NCBI GenBank assembly: GCA_963808535.1
Contig: CAWEGF010000013.1
Coordinates: 70 to 64,069, forward strand
Reading direction: 5' to 3'
Origin: an uncultured Verrucomicrobiae bacterium
Lineage (GTDB): Bacteria > Verrucomicrobiota > Verrucomicrobiia > Chthoniobacterales > JAFAMB01
DNA length: 64,000 nucleotides
The position numbers and the translations under genes were made by a program. Positions 53,459 through 61,981 of this stretch are shown piece after piece. Each line of letters starts with the position of its first letter. Position 1 is the stretch's first letter. Below the pieces are notes generated by a model. The model was given only the letters and a program-made list of their open reading frames with translations, did no database searches and was not told where the DNA came from.

Positions 53459-53600
53459 ATTCTTGTGGTGAAGGACGCAATGTCGAGAATTTGCGTAGAC
53501 GGAGAAGACGTACGAACATGGACATGGAGATCAGTAGAATTCTTGTGGCATGAAGGAACGTCCGCACATGTCGAGAATCTTTACGCAGAGCGGAAAAGAT
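53459..53600 (+). repeat. Diverged tandem duplication, two ~80-bp units
   Basis: ATTCTTGTGGTGAAGGACGCAATGTCGAGAATTTGCGTAGACGGAGAAGAC (53459-) versus ATTCTTGTGGCATGAAGGAACGTCCGCACATGTCGAGAATCTTTACGCAGAGCGGAAAAGAT (53539-). A CAGGAGACAGGAGACAGGAG word string precedes them. Confidence 0.4.
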
Positions 53601-53659
53601 TGTTTGAACGTTTGAACCAATGGCTATAGATTCGTACCCCTCAATCGGAGAATGGTTTT

Positions 53660-54075
53660 TTGTCCCGGAGGGACAGGATGATCGTAGCCAGGCACGAAGT
53701 GCCTGGGACAGCGTCCCTTGAAAGAACCGTCCCGTAGGGTACGGTATGATCGGGCGCAGCTAATTCCACAGTTATTTCTCGAAATATGGCCGTGTAGGAA
53801 GGCTAAATCTTCTTGAAAGGTGGTGTCCGATGATGTTCGAGCTGCTGCTCAAAGTATGGAGCGCGCCTGCGAGATACCGACCCTGAACACGCCATCGCCC
53901 GTCGCTAATTTATTCTGCTTAGCGATACCGCATTCGAAATTTCCCCCTTCCAAACTTCGAATCGGTGGCGCACCTGCACGAACCCATACTTGTACCCTAC
54001 AGGACTGCTCTTTGGAGGGACGCTGTCCCAGGCACTTCGTGCCAGGCTACGATCATCCTGTCCCTCTGGGACGAA
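53660..54075. repeat. Pair of ~83-bp family-6 repeats in inverted orientation around a ~250-bp spacer
   Basis: TTGTCCCGGAGGGACAGGATGATCGTAGCCAGGCACGAAGTGCCTGGGACAGCGTCCC..GTAGGGTAC (53660-53742) and its near reverse complement GTACCCTAC..GGGACGCTGTCCCAGGCACTTCGTGCCAGGCTACGATCATCCTGTCCCTCTGGGACGAA (53992-54075). Confidence 0.6.
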
Positions 54076-54255
54076 ATAGATTCCGCGCCAAGCGCTTTGA
54101 TCAAGTTAGCACTTAAGGGCTTTAGCCTGGGTTACCCCAAAAAAACGCATCAGCCCTGTTGTATGGGCGGGAGAATCCGAAAAGTCTCTTAACCACCTCG
54201 GAAGCGCAAAACACGCGCCCCCATTCTGCAACTCCTGAACTCCTCCTCCTTCCCC

Positions 54256-54798
54256 TTAATGCGTCAGCACCACGTCTCCCATCGGCAATTCGTTGCTCTC
54301 AGAGGTGCCGCCGAATTTTGGGTAGACAAATTTCGCGGCGGGGCTGGATGAGCGGGTGGTTCCATACACTTTCGTGATGCCCTGTTTCGCCACCAGGAGA
54401 AGCGATTCTTTGAGGAGCAGCGAACCGAATCCCCGATTGCGATATTCATTTGAAATGCAAGGACCGGAAAGAAGATGGTTGGAAACTTCCTGGGAGGGTT
54501 TGATTAGTGAGGCGCCGATCGTGCGATTTCCGTGGGTGATAACCAGGCAATCAATTTCGCGATGACTGAATTTTTCTTCGAAGTCATGCCGAATCCGCGG
54601 CAATAAATCACTCAATACGTCATTCCAGCAAGTATCGAGCAGAAAACAGCTGCTAATGACTTGCCAAGCCTGGGTTTTCTCATGTTTGGTAGCTCTCCTG
54701 ATCGAGTATTCCTCTGTGATGAGGTAACTCGCGCTGGGAAGTATTTTGCTTTCCCATGTAAAGCGCAGCCAGCCAGCCAATTTCATGGTGGCTTGCAT
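54256..54798 (-). CDS. GNAT-family N-acetyltransferase
   Basis: Acetyl-CoA binding motif NEYRNRGFGSLLLKESLLLVAKQG and an intact 180-aa ORF. Confidence 0.7.
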   Translation of the reverse strand: MQATMKLAGWLRFTWESKILPSASYLITEEYSIRRATKHEKTQAWQVISSCFLLDTCWNDVLSDLLPRIRHDFEEKFSHREIDCLVITHGNRTIGASLIKPSQEVSNHLLSGPCISNEYRNRGFGSLLLKESLLLVAKQGITKVYGTTRSSSPAAKFVYPKFGGTSESNELPMGDVVLTH

Positions 54799-55147
54799 CG
54801 TCGAGGAAAACTCCTTTTAAAGCAAGCTCAGTGATGAGGACCGATCAAGTTTGCAACACAAGTTATTACAAAAGATCTTCCTTTTTTAGCGCAGTCGGCG
54901 TCGTGGTCTCAAGCCATTCTGCTCAGGTCCTCAGAGGCTCCTCCTGAATCCCTTCATTGCGAGACATAAACCGTAGTTTAAGCGCAAACATCATCGTGAG
55001 CGATCAGCATCGTCCTTTTTGCACGCCCACCAAACACAACCTAGTAACGCAGAACCCAAAAACAGAAACGTTCCCAAAGTCAACATACGCCTCTGGTGAT
55101 GACGGAATACCCAGTGAGAGTCAAAAGGAAATTACAAAATCGGGATT

Positions 55148-55615
55148 TTATCCGGATTCAGGGAAGGTAATTCCGAAAAAATCAAAAAAGACCTGCCGAT
55201 AAACGTTTTGTTTAAATCCCGGCACCCAGTGAATTTGAAACTCTTTGGGCTCAATCCAGCGAAGTCGCACGAATTCAGGGTCTTCCGTCCTGGCGTCAAG
55301 GTGTGAATCCCGGCCGGTAAACTCGATCAGAAAATAAGTCTGCTCTTGGCCATCATAACCTTCTTTCGTCCGTCCGGGTGGGAAAACGTATCGGTACGGT
55401 CCCTTAGATTCCACCACTCGGTAGTGAGCAGGCGTCAGAGACACTTCTTCCCGTAATTCCCGGGCCAGCGCAGCTCTCGGCGTCTCAGATTTTTTGACCC
55501 CGCCTTGCGGAAATTGCCACGCGCCCGCCACGTTGGATCGTTCTCCAATCAGGATCTTTCCATCTGCCCTCTTGATTATGGCGCCAACATTCGCGCGATA
55601 GCGACGGGGTCCCAT
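55148..55615 (-). CDS. rppH: NUDIX hydrolase, RNA pyrophosphohydrolase-like
   Basis: YRANVGAII, then the Nudix box GGVKKSETPRAALARELREEVSL, and later WIEPKEF. Confidence 0.75.
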   Translation of the reverse strand: MGPRRYRANVGAIIKRADGKILIGERSNVAGAWQFPQGGVKKSETPRAALARELREEVSLTPAHYRVVESKGPYRYVFPPGRTKEGYDGQEQTYFLIEFTGRDSHLDARTEDPEFVRLRWIEPKEFQIHWVPGFKQNVYRQVFFDFFGITFPESG

Positions 55616-55616
55616 C

Positions 55617-56945
55617 TTATTGGTGCAACATGTCGAGCAACGATTTCACTGCGTCCTTGGTTTGCCCTTTGAACTCCTTGGTCATTTTGTCTCGAAATGC
55701 ACCAATTAATCGTTTGGTGAGGTCTTCTTTGGGCTGCGTCGGGGTTCCACTAATATTCACCTTTGCCCAACGCAGGCCGTCTCTTTCCTCGACAAATACT
55801 TTGTCTTGAGCGCCTGGTATCCACCCCAGAATTTTGGGCGAAAGCCCAACCAGGAGGTTGCCATCTAGACGATCCGGAGTGATCGACCCCGCGCCTTCCA
55901 CCCGGATCTGGTCCTGGTAGCTGGCCCGAATATCCGACAGGTCTAACTGGTGTTCGTGGTAGGTCAGGTGGGTTTCAATCGAATCGATCCGCACGTCATT
56001 CAGTCCGCCGAATTTCGCTAATTGGTGCAGAGTCACAAAAAGGTTTGTCAGATCGATTGCCGCCCCCGCAATTTTGAGTGTGCCGGTTACTTCCCCGTGT
56101 TCGAACCGGTTGAGGTCACCGGTGTAAACCAGATGCCCTGAGGCTTTTCCTCCGACATGCCAATCAACAGGGAGAGCTTGATTGACGTCCAGGTCGGAAA
56201 AGTCGGCGGTGAACTCCGCCTTTAACTGTCGGTCAGTGGCGATTTTTCCGACCACCTGAACTTCTCCTCCACCCGGGATTAAGGCTTTAGCGTCTTGGAT
56301 GACGATGGAATCCTGACTGGCCTCGGCCTGGATATGATCAACCTGCATCGGAGGGTAGGGGGCGTGCCGGACAGTTCCTCCGATCGCCGTGACATCCCAT
56401 TGATCAGGCCCCTTCAGAGCCGCCGTTAATCTGGTTCCGGTGAATTGGCCGGGATCCCCGTGATTCGTTTCCCAATGAAGATCTGCCGAAGTTATATAGA
56501 CCTGTTCGATCCTGAACTCCGCCGGTAACAAATTTGGCAGATTGGCGGCTGGCGATTCCTTCTTGGGAATAACTGCCGGAAGGGCTGTGGGCGGTGGTCT
56601 TTTTCCCACAAACGCTTCAATCTTTTCGGCGCTGAGGTGATCAATCACCCATTTGCCTTTCAACAATTGCCACCAGTCGAAGTGGGCGACAATGTTAGTG
56701 ATTTGGAGAGACTTCAGTTTCCTTTTCGGGTCGCCGACCGCTGAAAAGCTGGCCGATTTGAAGGATGAACCTTCCCAGGTCAGCGGTTCAAAATGTCCAT
56801 CCACCCGAAGCGCATGGCTGACTTTCTTACCTAGCCATTGGCAAAACGAATCGCTGTGGACGAACAAATGGAGACCGAACCATCCCGAAAAAAAGAACAG
56901 TACCAGCACGACGGCGACGAGAATCAAAAGGCGAATGCTTTTCAC
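55617..56945 (-). CDS. Membrane-anchored hypothetical protein, AsmA-like
   Basis: N-terminal TM MKSIRLLILVAVVLVLFFFSGWF followed by a long beta-rich periplasmic region. Family assignment is tentative. The stop is 1 nt before the rppH-like start. Confidence 0.35.
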   Translation of the reverse strand: MKSIRLLILVAVVLVLFFFSGWFGLHLFVHSDSFCQWLGKKVSHALRVDGHFEPLTWEGSSFKSASFSAVGDPKRKLKSLQITNIVAHFDWWQLLKGKWVIDHLSAEKIEAFVGKRPPPTALPAVIPKKESPAANLPNLLPAEFRIEQVYITSADLHWETNHGDPGQFTGTRLTAALKGPDQWDVTAIGGTVRHAPYPPMQVDHIQAEASQDSIVIQDAKALIPGGGEVQVVGKIATDRQLKAEFTADFSDLDVNQALPVDWHVGGKASGHLVYTGDLNRFEHGEVTGTLKIAGAAIDLTNLFVTLHQLAKFGGLNDVRIDSIETHLTYHEHQLDLSDIRASYQDQIRVEGAGSITPDRLDGNLLVGLSPKILGWIPGAQDKVFVEERDGLRWAKVNISGTPTQPKEDLTKRLIGAFRDKMTKEFKGQTKDAVKSLLDMLHQ

Positions 56946-57090
56946 GCGAACGAGTTGAAAGGATTGCGGGGTAGAATTTGTTGTCTCCGGTGCTGGCAGA
57001 CGATTTTCAGACTATTCGGTGATTTGACCCCCGATCGCAAGCGGAGTTCTGACCGACCCGCTGATGAATGCGGGAAGCCGCGCGATCGTT

Positions 57091-57654
57091 TTACACGCCC
57101 TGCCTGCGCCTCCGGTGTCGGGCAGTCCGGTTCAGGACGAAACCGATCACGCCGAGTGGCGGTAACATAAAGAGCTGCCAATAAGCCAGCGGAGGAGAGA
57201 CCGCGGGGTTTACTTTCAGCAGAGTCGAGACGCTTTCTGTTTCAGCATCGCGTTGGATGTTAATTTTTAGATTCCAAGTTCCACTGGATGGAACTTGGAC
57301 CAACGTACCATACAAAAGCCGGTTTTCTCCATGGTTTAGTCTGGCTGGAAGATCAGTCAGCGAGGAAGGCATGTTGAGAGCGCAGGCTGGGGGCGACCAC
57401 GCTGGGTTTTTCATCGTGGTACTTTCCTCTGCGCTGAGATCCAGTGTCACCCGGGCATCGAGCAAAGGGTTTAGTTTCAGGCGATCTTGGATCAGCACCG
57501 TCACGTCGACTGGTCCAGCGCTCAGGATCGGTGGCAAAGTGAAAACGGTAACGTGAAAAGATCCCGCGTCGCCCTGGAATTGAATCGCTCCGCCGTCAGC
57601 CAAACTCATTCGCGCGAGAAGCAGGATCAGTCCGAAAACAAGAACCATTCTCAT
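57091..57654 (-). CDS. Signal-peptide protein with a beta-sandwich-like domain and a C-terminal TM anchor (FixH-like role inferred from context)
   Basis: MRMVLVFGLILLLARMSLA signal. C-terminal LAYWQLFMLPPLGVIGFVL + RHRRRR. It lies 10 nt downstream of the CtaG::CcoG-like gene. Confidence 0.3.
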   Translation of the reverse strand: MRMVLVFGLILLLARMSLADGGAIQFQGDAGSFHVTVFTLPPILSAGPVDVTVLIQDRLKLNPLLDARVTLDLSAEESTTMKNPAWSPPACALNMPSSLTDLPARLNHGENRLLYGTLVQVPSSGTWNLKINIQRDAETESVSTLLKVNPAVSPPLAYWQLFMLPPLGVIGFVLNRTARHRRRRQGV

Positions 57655-57664
57655 ATCGTAGGCC

Positions 57665-59986
57665 CTAGGACATCATCGTTCCGCGCATATCCATCGGTTG
57701 AAAAATAATCCACACCGCGGCAATGAAAAAGAGAAGGTAGAGCAGCGACCAAGGTGTAAAAATCAAGAGGCAACGCTTTTTGATCTTGTTATAACGTTGC
57801 GCAACTCGCCACCCGGCGTAAAGCGAAACCAGCAATCCGAGATCAAGGACGAAGATCTCGAAATCGAGCAGCTGCGGCAGGGCCCAGGAAGCGATGCTCC
57901 AATCCGGTTTTCCCCAGGAGAAAATGTGCATATCCAGGGCGATCCTTTGGAGCACCGGAATTGGGGTATGAGAACCCGTAAAGAGATGAAAGACAAAGTG
58001 GGCCAGCCACATAGCGAAACCAAGAGGTACCATGGTCATCGCAAAGTCGGAGATGAAAGGTTTGAGGGGCACCTGAATTCTACCCAAGCGGCGGCTCAAA
58101 GATCCGGCCATCCAGACGATCAAACCTGGGACCAAAAATATTCCGACCGCCTGGAAAAGGGCAATCAGGACGGGTCGTTGAAGATCCAGCCAGAATCGTC
58201 CTCGATCCAGCAGCGCCGCTACCGGGGCAATCATCCCAGCGGCGTTAGCCAGGGATCCAAACACCATGATCAACACTAGCACCGCCAGATCGAACCGATT
58301 CGCAAATGAACCGATGGAGGAGCGTTGCTCGCCTTTCCAGAGATCCTGACCGGGAATAACCCCGATCAGCCCGATATTATCGTGCGGACACGCCTGGACG
58401 CAGTCCATGCAGAAAGTGCAGTCCATGTTGCCTTTCTTTTTCGGCTGGAAGAGTTTTAGTTCGCAGCCGCGCTGTTCGGATTTGCCGCGGATACAATCAA
58501 ACGTTTTGCAACTTCGACAGACCTCCGGGCTGCGCACTTTTACTTCCAGCGGGGAAAGCAGCGACTGGACAAAATGGAATTGCCCAATCGGGCAAACGAA
58601 CTTACAAAAACTACCTCCTCGAAAAAATCCGTCGATCAACAGAGCTGCCAGGAAATAGGTAAGAATGATCCAGGCCGTTAGCCACGGACTGTTCCAAAGG
58701 CTGAACGCTTCATAAGCCCACAGATAGAGAGCCAGTAAGAACGCGGCCAACCATTTGTTTCGCAACCAACGCGGCCACGTCCACTTGCTCGGCAGCCAAC
58801 GCCGTCCCAAATCACGAACCAACATGAATGGGCAAATCATGCAGAAAAGATTTCCCGCAAACAACAGGGCGATCACCGTGAAACCGCGCCAGTGCGTCCA
58901 GGGCAGAACTCCGGCCAAGTTCATCGGACTCAGTTGCGGGCCCAAAAATCCGTCCAGTACGATTGCTAAAGCGAGGATCAACATGGTCACCTGCATTCCG
59001 CGCCGGAAGGCTTTAGCCCGCAGCACCCGCCCGAGAAACGGTACTCGGAATAAATCAAAAGGGCGGTGAGGAGAATGGGGTGCTAGACCTATTTTACGCA
59101 GAAATCTAGTGGTTTCCCTCTCTGGGTTACGCGCCGGTGATGAAGCCCGTTGTTCGGCAAAAACAAATTTTGATTTAGGCGACAGGAATTGGATCGCGAT
59201 GATTGCTGCCGGGACTAGAAAGATAATCGAGCCCGGAACCCACATGATCGTTCCGGCAATTACTTGGTCGTCGAGCGGATTCGATCCCCAGAGTCGCGGC
59301 GCGTTTTGGTAGGTGGGGTAGAGAACCCGGTCACAGAAGGTCAGAAAAGCGGCCAGCCCGGTGTTTTGCAGGTCGGCAAGAATGAGATAAGGAATCATCG
59401 CCCAGCGTGGCCACGCCTCGCGACTGGGCCATGGCAGCAAGATATGCCACCAAAAAAGCAGTCCCGTGGTGAGAAAGCAGAAATGTTCGACCTGATGCCA
59501 GGCCGGCGAATTCAGTGCCAATTCATAGAATACCGGAATGTGCCAGAGCACATTTGAGCTGGTAAAGGCCACCCAGCAGAAGACTGGATTTAACACCAGG
59601 TGTCCGATTTGTTTTAGCGGGGGCCAAATAAGAAACGGCCCGATCACCTCTCGGGCGAACGCGCGGGGTAGGCCGCTAAGGATCGGCAGATAAGGTGCTC
59701 CGGCCAGGATCAACGGCGGGGCCACCATGATCAACAGGAGATGTTGAATCATGTGTACTTGCAGCAGAAGTCCGCCGAAAGCGTCCAACGGCGAAGCGAG
59801 AGCCAGAAAAAGGGTTCCCAGCCCGGCGGCGAACGAACCCAATCGCCAAACTGGAAACCGAGCCGGAACTCTGAACTGCAGCGCGATCCACCCCCGCAGA
59901 TAAAGAAAGAACGAAAGAAGAATCACCACGGTCGGCCCCGCCGGAATAGCCCACGAGCCGAAAACCGCGTTAGCCGGATCCTCCAT
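57665..59986 (-). CDS. Fusion protein: N-terminal caa3-type CtaG-like (CopD-related) cytochrome oxidase assembly domain + C-terminal CcoG/FixG/NapH-like polyferredoxin membrane domain (773 aa)
   Basis: N-terminal half: LQVHMIQHLLLIMVAPPLILAGAP, WHQVEHFCFLTTGLLFWW, DDQVIAGTIMWVPGS. C-terminal half: CMICPF, CKFVCPIGQF, CRSCKTFDCIRG, CTFCMDCVQACPHDNI, followed by further TM helices. Confidence 0.7.
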   Translation of the reverse strand: MEDPANAVFGSWAIPAGPTVVILLSFFLYLRGWIALQFRVPARFPVWRLGSFAAGLGTLFLALASPLDAFGGLLLQVHMIQHLLLIMVAPPLILAGAPYLPILSGLPRAFAREVIGPFLIWPPLKQIGHLVLNPVFCWVAFTSSNVLWHIPVFYELALNSPAWHQVEHFCFLTTGLLFWWHILLPWPSREAWPRWAMIPYLILADLQNTGLAAFLTFCDRVLYPTYQNAPRLWGSNPLDDQVIAGTIMWVPGSIIFLVPAAIIAIQFLSPKSKFVFAEQRASSPARNPERETTRFLRKIGLAPHSPHRPFDLFRVPFLGRVLRAKAFRRGMQVTMLILALAIVLDGFLGPQLSPMNLAGVLPWTHWRGFTVIALLFAGNLFCMICPFMLVRDLGRRWLPSKWTWPRWLRNKWLAAFLLALYLWAYEAFSLWNSPWLTAWIILTYFLAALLIDGFFRGGSFCKFVCPIGQFHFVQSLLSPLEVKVRSPEVCRSCKTFDCIRGKSEQRGCELKLFQPKKKGNMDCTFCMDCVQACPHDNIGLIGVIPGQDLWKGEQRSSIGSFANRFDLAVLVLIMVFGSLANAAGMIAPVAALLDRGRFWLDLQRPVLIALFQAVGIFLVPGLIVWMAGSLSRRLGRIQVPLKPFISDFAMTMVPLGFAMWLAHFVFHLFTGSHTPIPVLQRIALDMHIFSWGKPDWSIASWALPQLLDFEIFVLDLGLLVSLYAGWRVAQRYNKIKKRCLLIFTPWSLLYLLFFIAAVWIIFQPMDMRGTMMS

Positions 59987-60076
59987 CGGCGCACTATAGC
60001 AGATTCAGAAGCTCAACATTCGTCCGTTTGGGACGATTCGTTGGTTGTCGCTCCTGATCCCCGAAGCAAGCCGAAG

Positions 60077-61040
60077 TAGGTAAGGCGTCCCGCCTTACTT
60101 CTTCTGCTCCGCTTCCCATGCCCAGCATAAACCTCGTGCCTGAGCGTTCGTTTTGGGGACAGGTCAAATGGTCAAATGTTGGGGCACTTGGACCTGTCCG
60201 TTTTGAATGATCGAATGTGTGATATGGACCTGTCCCCAAAATCACGAATTTGTTGCCAAGGTCCCAAAGCAAGCGGGACGGTTTGCCTACGTAGGTAAGG
60301 CGTCCCGCCTTACTTCTTTGGTGCAGCTTCCAATGGCCAGGATAAACCTGATGCCCAGAGCCTCGTTTGTGGGAAGCCTCCGTCTGGGCAGCTCAATGTC
60401 GGAGCATTAGGCGGTACGTTTTAGAAGAAAATTCCGCTTTATGGCGTGGCCTCCAGGATGTGAGCGAAAACGCATGGAGTTGAGAAGCGGGGCCAGGGTA
60501 AGACCCGGAGCAGATCTCAAGGGCCTCAGGGAGCGAATCTCGAGCCATGCGGAGTGGGGCCAGCAAATTTTGCCGGGATCACCATCTGGCGCGGATCGTA
60601 CTGTATACGGAGATGCCCAGAGGAGGCTTGGGCAACGAATTTGTTGCCAGGAACCAGAACAACCGCGGTGGCGCCGATTAGTAAGGCGTCCCGGTGTACC
60701 TCTGGGGGAGCCTTCGTTTTGGGGACAGGTCAAATGTTGGGGCACTTGGACCCAGTCCGTCTTGAGTCATCGAATGATCGAATGTGCGATATCGGACCTG
60801 TCCCCAAAATCACGAATTTCTTGCCAAGGTCCCGAAGCAAGCCGGGACGGCTTGCCTAAGTAGGTAAGGCGTCTCGCCTTACTTCTTTGGTGCAGCTTCC
60901 AATGTTCCGATGGCCATGGTGAACCTCATGCCAGAGCCTTCGTTTTGGGGACAGGTCAAATGTTGGGGCACTTGGATCCGTCCGTTTTGGATAATCGAAT
61001 GTGTGATATGGGCCTGTCCCAGGGCCTGTCCCCAAAACAA
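60077..61040. repeat. Array of ~214-bp structured repeats (family 7), 2 full and 2 partial copies
   Basis: Each unit begins with the hairpin GTAAGGCGTCCCGCCTTAC (60080, 60295, 60863). It contains TTTTGGGGACAGGTCAAATGTTGGGGCACTTGGACC...GACCTGTCCCCAAAATCACGAATTT(G/C)TTGCCAAGGTCCC(A/G)AAGCAAGC. Copies are at 60077-60291, 60292-~60370 (partial), ~60680-60859 and 60860-~61040. Confidence 0.6.
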
Positions 61041-61469
61041 TCGGCATTTGGACTTTCCTCAAAATACAGACACTGATGCCAGGCGGGATACTGAGCATGA
61101 GCGAGCATATGTCGGTTGCAGATCATGCCGTCGTGGTATTCGCCTATCGACATGCGCTCTCCACGACTTTCCTTTCCGGAGCGATCGTCACGGCGATCGC
61201 GTGCATTATCGTGGCGCTGTCACCTGAACGGCCACTCGCGGCACTGCGCCGCACCCAGCCTGGCTAGTTCGTGATCCAAACCATGTTGTTGTCGTGCGCG
61301 TCCTCAACACAATTTTCGGCCACCGGGGTAACCCAGCCGGAGAAGCCAAAGCCCTGGCAAATTCGCGGCGTGACTGCGACGAGCCACCGCAGTGGAACGC
61401 GGCAGCGCCGGCATGGTTAAAGGATTGCCGGTCTCCAGCAGGCGGCGGCCGGTTGTGGGGATATCGACA

Positions 61470-61877
61470 ATGTCAAACCAGCTTCCCAAGGCTCCAGGCG
61501 GTCCGCAGCTACGGACGATCGCCATGCCGGCCGACGCCAATGCAGGCGGCAGCGTCTTCGGCGGCTGGACACTGTCGCAGATGGACCTCGCCTGCGGCAG
61601 CTTCGCCGCTGAACGTGCAGGCGGGCGGGTGGCGACAGTCTCCATCGAGGCGATGCGCTTTCTACGACCGGTGGCGGTTGGCGATGAGGTAAGTTGCTAT
61701 TGCTCACTGGAGAAGGCCGGCGAAACCTCCGTGGCCGTGAAGATTGAGACCTGGGCGCGCGGCCGCGGCCGGGGCAAGGCGGCGGAGAAGGTTACCGAGG
61801 GCGTCTTTACTTTCGTGGCCATTGACGACGAGGGCAATCCCCGGTCGCTGCCTGAAGAGCCCGAAGCAGAAGCATAA
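61470..61877 (+). CDS. Acyl-CoA thioesterase (hotdog fold, YciA-like)
   Basis: LRTIAMPADANAGGSVFGGWTLSQMDLACG..VATVSIEAMRFLRPVAVGDEVSCY..VKIETW.. with GC3-rich codons. Confidence 0.8.
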   Translation: MSNQLPKAPGGPQLRTIAMPADANAGGSVFGGWTLSQMDLACGSFAAERAGGRVATVSIEAMRFLRPVAVGDEVSCYCSLEKAGETSVAVKIETWARGRGRGKAAEKVTEGVFTFVAIDDEGNPRSLPEEPEAEA

Positions 61878-61981
61878 ACCAGCCGGCGGTCATGTCGTGA
61901 TAGGCAACACAGGCCCTGGCCGGGGGCAGGTCGGCGGTGGCTCGCTGAAAACTTCAGGTGCCCGGATCGCGCGTGCGGCAC

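Noticed and set aside
53602-53617. Direct repeat GTTTGAAC-GTTTGAAC as a LexA-like (GTTC direct-repeat) operator
   Set aside because: The spacing (N4) does not match the alphaproteobacterial GTTC-N7-GTTC motif. It lies in a repeat-filled spacer with no adjacent gene start.
60407-60863. Mutually antisense ORFs of 112, 140 and 101 aa
   Set aside because: They overlap each other and the family-7 repeats, and their sequences (LTCPQNE.., WGQVKCWGTW..) recur wherever the repeat recurs.
60077-61040. Possible CRISPR array
   Set aside because: The repeat units are ~214 bp and directly abut one another, rather than being 25-40-nt repeats separated by unique spacers. No cas genes occur anywhere in the window.
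61076-61267. 63-aa ORF (MPGGILSMSEHMSVADHAVVVFAYRH..) at the start of the GC-rich tail
   Set aside because: It has no recognisable family and no clear ribosome-binding site, and short ORFs in GC-rich DNA are unreliable. I left it unannotated.
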